Source: Synechocystis sp. PCC 6803 substr. PCC-P
Lineage (GTDB): Bacteria; Cyanobacteriota; Cyanobacteriia; Cyanobacteriales; Microcystaceae
Assembly: GCF_000284455.1 (NCBI RefSeq)
Contig: NC_017039.1
Location: forward strand, 2,070,001 to 2,102,000
Reading direction: 5' to 3'
DNA length: 32,000 nucleotides
Part shown: positions 8,712 to 15,233 of the stretch, piece by piece
Position numbering within the stretch: position 1 is the first letter of the stretch
Layout: every line of letters starts with the position of its first letter
The notes under the pieces: generated by a model
Databases searched by the model: none
What the model saw: the letters and a program-made list of their open reading frames with translations, nothing else
Told to the model about the DNA's origin: nothing
Program-made: the position numbers and the translations under genes

Positions 8712-10547
8712 ATGAATACTCGCTTTTTCCTCAATTTCCTCACTGCCCCCAAACGTAATGCCGGCTTTGCCATGCCCATGGTGATTATGGGCGGTTTGGT
8801 GATTACGGTGGCGGCCGCCGCTATTGCTATGAAGGGGATGAATGATCAAAATCAGGTCACAGCGAAGGCAGCTAAGTCCTCTAGTGACGCAGCAGCGGAG
8901 ACCGGCTTAGCGCGTGTTCAAGGTTTGCTTGCAAGCAGTAAATATGCAGCTCTTTTCGACGATTCTGATTGGGCAACCTTAATACAGTCGGATGGAACAC
9001 CAAACAGCGAAACTACCCTTGGAGCTGTTCTTGAAGAGCATCTAAATTCGGTATCAAGCAACAGTGGGTCTATCTGTAGTGAGGGGAGCTCTTCTGGCGT
9101 TGATTCGGCTAAACTTGCATCTCAAAAACAAGTCTTAGGCAAACTTCGTGAGTTAGCTACTGAAGCGTCTGCTGGTCAAGTAGAACCGATTAATAGCAAT
9201 AGCTCTTTTCGTATAGTAAGTTACAAAGTTGGAGTTGAAGAAGAGAACAAAGGCAAAATTCCCCAAGGTCAAGTTATTGGGCGTCTAGTTGTTGAGGGAG
9301 TGTCTAGCAAAGGAGCAACTGACGCCGTAACCCGTTTGATGGTGGATATTCCTATTTCTGGAAAACCAGGAACTTCCACTTTTGGTGGTTCGGATACGGT
9401 GCCTGCACTTTGGATATCAGAAGGCGGTGTTGATAAGGGTACTGCTGGTGACACTGTAGATACAACAGGTACTCCCGCTGTTCCTAAGACTGGTGAAATA
9501 AGAGGAAATATAGTCCTGGCAGGGTGTGGTTCCACAGATTTAACTGATGCTTATATTGATGATCTTAACTCAATACAGAACGCTGCTGGGGGATTTGCCG
9601 CTGTAAGGGCATCTACCCCAATGCCTTCCATCCCATTGTCGGCTTTAGCATCGGCAAGATCTCAGAATCGTGTATATACACTAAACGTGGGGAATAACGA
9701 TTCAATCTCTCTCCCCCGAAGTGGAGAACAGCCGGTTGACGGTTACTATTACTATGAATCTAGTAGTTTAGACAGAAAGTTTGAGCTTAACTTTGACAAT
9801 ACTGGAGGAAAGAAATACCGTCTGTATGTAACTGGTGACATTGGTAGAAATGCGGAAATCAACGGAACTTGTAATACAGCTGATGGTTGCCAGCCGACAG
9901 ATATCCAAATATTTGGTCTTTCGAGTAGTGGTTCAATTTGCATGAATGGAAACTCGAGCCGAACGACGAAAGCTTTTGTTCTTGCCCCCAATTACGATAT
10001 AGGTCGCACAGGAAATGGGAGTTATGAAGGAATGCTTTTGGGTAAGACTTATGCCAAAGGCAATTGTGCTGTAAATAATGGCAAATTGGCTGTTACCCAA
10101 ACCTCTCAAACCTGGGGATCGGTTCCTCCTGACCTACGTCCACTTACCGCTCCATCACCTACCCTTACATCATTTTCTAGCTGGTCTCAGATTGACTCCA
10201 GTTTAGCTGATGATGATGCTATAACTGAGCCCCCAATTTACACAGGTTCCTTCTTAACAGCTTCTTCTAGTCCATCTCCCAGTCCCAGTCCATCTCCTAG
10301 TCCCAGCCCGTCTCCCAGTCCCAGCCCATCTCCCAGTCCCAGTCCATCTCCCAGTCCCAGCCCGTCTCCCAGTCCCAGTCCATCTCCCAGTCCCAGTCCA
10401 TCTCCCAGTCCCAGCCCATCTCCCAGTCCCAGCCCATCTCCTACCCCAGTTACCGTAAATGTACAGAACAAGAAGGCTTGCGATGATCTAGGAGGGACGT
10501 ACTCTCAAAGCGGGAATAACAAAACCTGTACTTACATTCCTCGGTAG
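8712..10547 (+). CDS. PilX-N-like (type IV pilus minor-pilin / pseudopilin-like) secreted protein with a C-terminal (SP)n stalk and a terminal two-Cys mini-domain
   Basis: 611 aa. The N-terminus [27 protein letters not shown] followed by AAETGLARV resembles the PilX N-terminal hydrophobic segment. The central region is Gly/Ser/Thr/Asn-rich. It has 30 consecutive (S/T)-P dipeptides and ends in ...[25 protein letters not shown]. Confidence 0.65.
   Translation: MNTRFFLNFLTAPKRNAGFAMPMVIMGGLVITVAAAAIAMKGMNDQNQVTAKAAKSSSDAAAETGLARVQGLLASSKYAALFDDSDWATLIQSDGTPNSETTLGAVLEEHLNSVSSNSGSICSEGSSSGVDSAKLASQKQVLGKLRELATEASAGQVEPINSNSSFRIVSYKVGVEEENKGKIPQGQVIGRLVVEGVSSKGATDAVTRLMVDIPISGKPGTSTFGGSDTVPALWISEGGVDKGTAGDTVDTTGTPAVPKTGEIRGNIVLAGCGSTDLTDAYIDDLNSIQNAAGGFAAVRASTPMPSIPLSALASARSQNRVYTLNVGNNDSISLPRSGEQPVDGYYYYESSSLDRKFELNFDNTGGKKYRLYVTGDIGRNAEINGTCNTADGCQPTDIQIFGLSSSGSICMNGNSSRTTKAFVLAPNYDIGRTGNGSYEGMLLGKTYAKGNCAVNNGKLAVTQTSQTWGSVPPDLRPLTAPSPTLTSFSSWSQIDSSLADDDAITEPPIYTGSFLTASSSPSPSPSPSPSPSPSPSPSPSPSPSPSPSPSPSPSPSPSPSPSPSPSPSPSPSPSPSPTPVTVNVQNKKACDDLGGTYSQSGNNKTCTYIPR
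10269..10448 (+). repeat. Tandem repeat: 10 copies of an 18-bp unit (AGY CCR TCT CCY AGT CCC) encoding (SP)29-TP
   Basis: I counted units starting at 10269, 10287, 10305, 10323, 10341, 10359, 10377, 10395, 10413 and 10431. They are in frame with the CDS that starts at 8712. Confidence 0.95.
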
Positions 10548-10619
10548 CCCGTAGAGTGTTTTCCTCCCCCTTCATTAAGCCCAAAAATCTCTAGCAAAAC
10601 AATATCAAAATTACTTTAG

Positions 10620-10646
10620 GCAGACTCCAGCAGTTTGCTTTTTTTT
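10620..10646 (+). terminator. Intrinsic terminator candidate downstream of the PilX-like gene
   Basis: GCAGACT-CCAGC-AGTTTGC forms a 7-bp stem with one G-U pair, followed by T8 (10639-10646). Confidence 0.5.
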
Positions 10647-10690
10647 GCTTATTTTCCCAGAATTAAAGGCACAACCGTAAAGATAGAATT

Positions 10691-11743
10691 TTACTTCTTT
10701 CTCACCCAACCATTAATGGTAAATCGACTATCTGCAAAAGCTTGGGAAGGACAGTTTACTGGTAGAACTTCGTGCATATAGCGACTGAGAAAAAAGACAA
10801 TGCTGTTATTAACTGGCTGTACAGTTTTAAATGATTCAGCGGCTACATAAAAATTATTTTCGATTTTACTGTCATAAATGGCTAGCTCTCCACCAGAAAA
10901 GGCTTTAGGCTCTCGGTTAAAGTAATAAACATAGGTTAATTCACGGGTAGCAGAATCGGGGCTACCATTATCATTATGTACTTTGTAATAATTTCCATGG
11001 TTATGGGCAGTAAGTTGAGCTTCTACATAATCAATTTGAAAAGGTTGTATTTGTAGATCACTAATCAGTTGGGGTAAAATTGCCTTTACTCGTTCTATTA
11101 TTAATTCTGAAAACGGCGCAAAAATCGGCAAAAACATAGAGCGACGATAATCAGAATCATTAGCTGAATTGCTTGTAGGCAGGAAATTATTTTCATTCTG
11201 AATTACAAATTTAAACAACTGCTCTAACTCTGTAGCACTCAAAAAATCTTTCACCTGAATAAAATGGGATGGCAAAATTTCTGGTGAAGCTTGGGGAGTA
11301 GCTGAAGTAGACTGTCGCTCTATCTGAATTTGACCTATAGATGAATTATTAGATAAGTTTTTATAAAAGTTGTGATTAATTAGAAATGAAGGTGCGTAGG
11401 ATTCTTCAGCTTGGCTAACAGTTGATTGTGAAGAGGATTCGACTTGAGACTGGTTAATAATTTGCCAAAGTTTGTAATTACCCTGATGGCTAACTAAAGT
11501 GCAAACAAAATTTCGCCAAGCAAACTGAAATAATACCTCTTGAGTTTTCAACATATTTAAGGTGTCTGCATCAAACTCTAGCAAAATACACAATTCTTCC
11601 GTCGTTATCCAGAATTCGGAATCACTAACTTGCTTAACTAAGTTAAGTTGCTGAATTACCGCATGAAGTTTACTTTGCAATGGTTCTTGCATGATTCTGG
11701 TCATAGTAGTTAAAAGAGTATTGACAATCTCTTCAATAATCAT
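10691..11743 (-). CDS. 2OG/Fe(II)-dependent oxygenase, prolyl-4-hydroxylase-like C-terminal domain, with an uncharacterised N-terminal ~165 aa
   Basis: 350 aa. The C-terminal domain has HxD (KVHNDNG), a distal His (SRYMHEVLPV), the 2OG-binding Arg context (SRFTINGWV) and ELTYVYYFN...FSGGELAIYD, typical of the P4H / 2OG-FeII_Oxy_3-type fold. No signal peptide is visible. Confidence 0.75.
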   Translation of the reverse strand: MIIEEIVNTLLTTMTRIMQEPLQSKLHAVIQQLNLVKQVSDSEFWITTEELCILLEFDADTLNMLKTQEVLFQFAWRNFVCTLVSHQGNYKLWQIINQSQVESSSQSTVSQAEESYAPSFLINHNFYKNLSNNSSIGQIQIERQSTSATPQASPEILPSHFIQVKDFLSATELEQLFKFVIQNENNFLPTSNSANDSDYRRSMFLPIFAPFSELIIERVKAILPQLISDLQIQPFQIDYVEAQLTAHNHGNYYKVHNDNGSPDSATRELTYVYYFNREPKAFSGGELAIYDSKIENNFYVAAESFKTVQPVNNSIVFFLSRYMHEVLPVNCPSQAFADSRFTINGWVRKK

Positions 11744-11969
11744 TTTCTCATGATCAAAATCCTTTAGGCAGATCCCAGTGGTTTATCTTCTTTTTTGGCC
11801 GCTTTTTCTGTGGTGGCATTTCTGGTCTGAGGTTATTTGGCGGTCAAGAATAGGATAGCGCTTGGCGATCAGGGGGGAGAGGTTGACAGATGCCCAGCCC
11901 TATTGGCAGTGGGCTTGCTGAGCTTGTGTTAGCATAGAGCTATTATCGATTGATTAAGATGTCAAAACT

Positions 11970-12197
11970 ATGACCAAACCAACGATAGAACTATCAGAGA
12001 GTGTATTTAAAAAAATTCAGGTACTTTCTCCGGAAAACCAAAAACAAATTCTAGATTTTCTAGAATCTATAACAGCAAATTCCGATGAAACTCAAGAAAA
12101 AAAAGCAACTAGAATTTCAGGATTGTATCAAGGACAAGGCTGGATAAGTGATGATTTTAATGATCCTCTAACGGATGAGTTTTTTTCGGAAGTCTGA
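11970..12197 (+). CDS. Type II antitoxin, DUF2281/VapB-like
   Basis: 75 aa. The C-terminal G.GWISDDFNDPLTDEF motif is typical of DUF2281 antitoxins that pair with PIN toxins. Its stop is 3 nt before the ATG of the PIN gene. Confidence 0.7.
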   Translation: MTKPTIELSESVFKKIQVLSPENQKQILDFLESITANSDETQEKKATRISGLYQGQGWISDDFNDPLTDEFFSEV

Positions 12198-12200
12198 TTT

Positions 12201-12587
12201 ATGGAACTGCTGTTAGATACTCATGCCTTTGTTTGGTGATCAATTGCTCAGGAAAAACTATCTTCAAAAGTAAGTTCTTTATTGTCAAACACAAGTAACA
12301 AAATATTTTTGAGTACAGCAAGTGCATGGGAGATACAAATTAAACTGCAACTTGGAAAGTTACAACTTAACATTTCCCCAGAAGAATTAATCAAAAATCA
12401 AATGACCATCAATGGTTTGCAGGTTCTGTCTATTGACTTGGAGCATATCTGGAAACTGGCGGTTCTTGAACATCACCATAAAGATCCCTTTGATCGAATC
12501 TTAATTGCCCAATCTATGACCGAAGAAATTCCGATTTTAAGTATTGATAAAGTCTTCGATCTTTACCCGGTTCAAAAACTTTGGTAA
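12201..12587 (+). pseudogene. vapC: PIN-domain VapC toxin interrupted by an in-frame TGA at codon 13
   Basis: The ATG at 12201 gives MELLLDTHAFVW, then TGA at 12237-12239. The same frame continues SIAQEKLSS... into ORF 12282..12587. The joined protein has PIN hallmarks: LLLDTH, SAWEIQIK, DPFDRILIAQ and ILSID. Confidence 0.75.
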
Positions 12588-12688
12588 CTGTTCAGGCGGT
12601 CAGGGTTAACTGACGATCAAGGATCGGATTGTGCTTGGCGATCGGGTATTAACGGCGATCCACATTAACCATGGGCTTATTTCCACCA

Positions 12689-12697
12689 TGCTAGAAT
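12689..12697 (+). promoter_or_regulatory. Extended -10 element (TGcTAGAAT) upstream of brnT
   Basis: TG-C-TAGAAT was read at 12689-12697, ~50 bp upstream of the brnT ATG. No good -35 is visible. Confidence 0.35.
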
Positions 12698-12748
12698 AGG
12701 GGCACAACTGACTTAAAGCAGTGTCTCCCACAGATTAGCGACCTTAAA

Positions 12749-13033
12749 ATGAATTCACTTTCTTTTGAATGGGACGAAGAAAAGAATCGAACCAATCAGA
12801 AAAAACATGGTATTTCTTTTGAGGAAGCTGAGACTGTTTTCTACGATGACAATGCTATTCAGTTTTGGGATGATAATCATTCAGAAGTAGAAGATAGATT
12901 CCTAATGCTGGGTAGAAGTTCCAGAATGAGAATCCTGCTAATTGTTCACTGCTTCCAAGAGAATGAATCTATCATCAGAATTATTTCTGCTCGCAAGGCT
13001 ACTCCTAAAGAAACGAAACAATATAGAGGATAA
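12749..13033 (+). CDS. brnT: BrnT-family (DUF497) ribonuclease toxin
   Basis: 94 aa. FEWDEEKNRTNQKKHGISFEEAETVF and the later RIISARKATPKE are typical BrnT signatures. The toxin-first gene order fits this family. Confidence 0.8.
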   Translation: MNSLSFEWDEEKNRTNQKKHGISFEEAETVFYDDNAIQFWDDNHSEVEDRFLMLGRSSRMRILLIVHCFQENESIIRIISARKATPKETKQYRG

Positions 13034-13037
13034 TATT

Positions 13038-13244
13038 ATGAAGAAAGAGTATGATCTAGCCAACATGAAAAGCCGTCCTAATCCTTTTGCTCAAAAGCTT
13101 AAACAAAAAGTTACTTTACCTTTGGGAATTGATGTAGTTGATTTTTTTGAAAAGAAAGCACAAGAAAAAGGCATTTCTTATCAAGAAATAATTGAATTAT
13201 ATCTTCAAGATTGTGTTGTTAATAATCGAGAACTTTCATTTTAA
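13038..13244 (+). CDS. brnA: BrnA-family antitoxin
   Basis: I use the internal ATG at 13038 of ORF 12942..13244, 4 nt after the brnT stop. The 68-aa product ends in a ribbon-helix-helix-like segment (GISYQEIIELYLQD). The upstream extension would overlap brnT. Confidence 0.7.
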   Translation: MKKEYDLANMKSRPNPFAQKLKQKVTLPLGIDVVDFFEKKAQEKGISYQEIIELYLQDCVVNNRELSF

Positions 13245-13299
13245 ATGCTCAGCTGACGGACAGGTGTTTTTGTGTTTGTAACCAGAGTAGCTCTCAAAT

Positions 13300-13569
13300 A
13301 TGAAACCATCTATTTCAGAAACTACCAACTCCATATTCCCCAATGGGCAGGACTCAGCTTCGCCGGGATTACTTTCACGTTTGTGGTCTTGGATCAACTC
13401 CTACGGGGGTTTGTCCGACTTGAAGAAGTACAACGCCGAACTGAGGAAGAGCAACGCCGAATTAAGCAAACAGAACGAGAAACTCGCCGAGCTAGAATTG
13501 AAACTCGATAACGTATTGCAATCATCCAGCACCAACTTGACCCCAACAATCTCCACCGACAACAATTAG
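13300..13569 (+). CDS. Hypothetical small coiled-coil protein (coding status uncertain)
   Basis: 89-aa ORF with the heptad-like run YNAELRKSNAELSKQNEKLAELELKLDN. No obvious SD. A second frame (13272..13511) is open across the same DNA, so this may be a gene remnant. Confidence 0.3.
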   Translation: MKPSISETTNSIFPNGQDSASPGLLSRLWSWINSYGGLSDLKKYNAELRKSNAELSKQNEKLAELELKLDNVLQSSSTNLTPTISTDNN

Positions 13570-13685
13570 GGGATATTCAAGCACTTCTCGAAGAATATCT
13601 AGATACCCTTTAGCCAATTGGCTATCTGTGAGGTATTGGCAATCGGGCTAAAATGGGGGAAACTTTGCCCCAACAATTGCCAAAC

Positions 13686-13937
13686 ATGAACGCAGTCAGC
13701 CAAATTATTGCACAACAAAAACTTGCAGCTATCATGGAGCAAGTATGTAGTGATCATGTTCCAACAATTATCACCAGGGATACCCAACCATCTGTCGTCA
13801 TGATTTCCCTGGAAGACTATCAGTCATTAGAAGAAACAGCATATCTACTACGTAGCCCGAACAATGCTCAAAAATTGATGTCGGCGATCAAGCAATTAGA
13901 AAATGATCAAGGTGTCGAAAGGGAACTATTGGAGTGA
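13686..13937 (+). CDS. yefM: Type II antitoxin, Phd/YefM family (second copy)
   Basis: Starting at the internal ATG (MNAVSQIIAQQKLAAIMEQV...), it aligns with the antitoxin at 2521. It shares ISLEDYQSLEETAYLLRSPNNAQKLMSAIKQ. Its stop overlaps the GTG of the downstream yoeB remnant. Confidence 0.8.
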   Translation: MNAVSQIIAQQKLAAIMEQVCSDHVPTIITRDTQPSVVMISLEDYQSLEETAYLLRSPNNAQKLMSAIKQLENDQGVERELLE

Positions 13938-14038
13938 AGCTAATTTTCTCTGAGCAAGCCTGGAGCGATTATCTTTACTGGCAACAAAACGACAAGAAAA
14001 TACTTAAAAGAATCAATACCTTAGTTGAATTAATTTGA
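13934..14038 (+). pseudogene. yoeB: Truncated YoeB toxin remnant (34 codons)
   Basis: The GTG at 13934 gives VKLIFSEQAWSDYLYWQQNDKKILKRINTLVELI, then TGA at 14036-14038. This matches the first ~34 aa of the intact YoeB at 2781 but lacks the catalytic C-terminal half. Confidence 0.75.
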
Positions 14039-14131
14039 TAGAAAAAGACGACCACCTTAACGGCGATCGCCAAACTGTTCAGCTCGTCAAAGTAACTAAC
14101 TAAAAAGCCAGTCAGCTACCACAACAAAAAA

Positions 14132-14956
14132 TTAAACATCGGTGTCCACTCGACCGTAGAAAATGCCCCGGACTTTAACATCAAGGGGTTCTTTAGCACC
14201 CAAATCAGTGTCAGAGGGTTGCTCGCTTTCAAAAATACCGGCAATTTCCCCAGTGGAACCATCAACCTGGGTCACCTGCAAGGAAAGGGTTCCTTTACCC
14301 AAGGGGGTTTCCTTCTTGTTGGTACGGAATTTATCCGCCGCTGAAGGCAGAGCTACCGCATTGTCATAACCAGTGTATAGACCCCGGGCTTTGGGATCCA
14401 AGAAACCAGCCCCCCGGTAGGAAGGCACATTGAAATCCCCAACAAAATCGGTGGAACTATTGATGGAAGTAAAGCCAGGCTCCGTAGTGCCAGTAAAATT
14501 TTTCACCGTGAAAAAGAAGGGTACTTCTTCACCACCGGGAAGTAATACCGTAATCGGCTGGAAGTCAATGCCATCTTTTTCTTTAAAAGTCAACGTTCCA
14601 TCAGCACCCACTGCAATGCTGCCGCGGATCTGTTCTAGGCTAGTGGTTTGACGGGTCAGAACCTTACCTTTAACGTACTCAGCCTTTTGGCGCTTATTAA
14701 CGGGCTCTTCCTTAACAAAATACTCCTGGGGCTCCATACAGAAGTCAGAAACAAAATACTTAGTATTCGGTTCCACCTCAATGGTTCCTCTGGTGAAGGA
14801 AGAAATTTCAGGGCAAACGTTAGCTAGACCCGTATTTACAATGTCATCGTAGGTAAGCTGGCTCTTATCAACCGCAAAGGCACTGCCGCTATATAAAAAC
14901 GTTAGTAGTCCAAAGCAGACTGAAAGCAAAGCCACAATAGACGGACGAAACCTCAT
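14132..14956 (-). CDS. psbO: Photosystem II manganese-stabilising protein PsbO
   Basis: 274 aa with a signal peptide. The mature sequence is recognisable as PsbO (LTYDDIVNTGLANVCPE..., FLDPKARG, GEIAGIFESEQPSDTDLGAKEP). Confidence 0.95.
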   Translation of the reverse strand: MRFRPSIVALLSVCFGLLTFLYSGSAFAVDKSQLTYDDIVNTGLANVCPEISSFTRGTIEVEPNTKYFVSDFCMEPQEYFVKEEPVNKRQKAEYVKGKVLTRQTTSLEQIRGSIAVGADGTLTFKEKDGIDFQPITVLLPGGEEVPFFFTVKNFTGTTEPGFTSINSSTDFVGDFNVPSYRGAGFLDPKARGLYTGYDNAVALPSAADKFRTNKKETPLGKGTLSLQVTQVDGSTGEIAGIFESEQPSDTDLGAKEPLDVKVRGIFYGRVDTDV

Positions 14957-15233
14957 GGTTTAACCTCGCTTAAGTCAATCTCAAATTTTTTGTCTTTTTC
15001 AGGCCTTGTCCGGCTCCAGACTTACACGGATGCAACCCTAGGGATTATGGACAAAATAGGCATATTTTAACGAGATCCACTCTACCAAACTTTCGTTACC
15101 TTACCAGCCATATGGCCGGAAGGGGCATTTCCGCAACAGGTCAGAGCAAGGCTTTGGCCACAAACCACTATCATTTGGGTTGGTGTTTGTTTGCGAACAG
15201 CCCATCTGCCTAACTGAGCTTTATTTGGAATCA

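Noticed and set aside
10269-10448. Regular short repeats as a possible CRISPR array
   Set aside because: The units are contiguous with no spacers, only 18 bp long, and in frame within a CDS, so this is a coding tandem repeat.
10238-10471. 77-aa minus-strand ORF encoding (GLGD)n
   Set aside because: It is the mirror image of the SP tandem repeat. The + strand frame is part of a 611-aa ORF with a proper N-terminus, so the antisense frame is an artefact of the repeat.
12942-13037. Upstream extension of the brnA ORF, which overlaps brnT by 92 nt
   Set aside because: The internal ATG at 13038 sits 4 nt after the brnT stop and gives a protein of typical BrnA size. The extension is just the alternative frame of brnT.
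11744-14131. Idea that the TA cassettes form an integron-like cassette array
   Set aside because: There is no integrase gene in the window. I could not find paired attC core sites (RYYYAAC ... GTTRRRY) in the spacers. The recurring motifs are reported as a finding, but the integron reading is unsupported.
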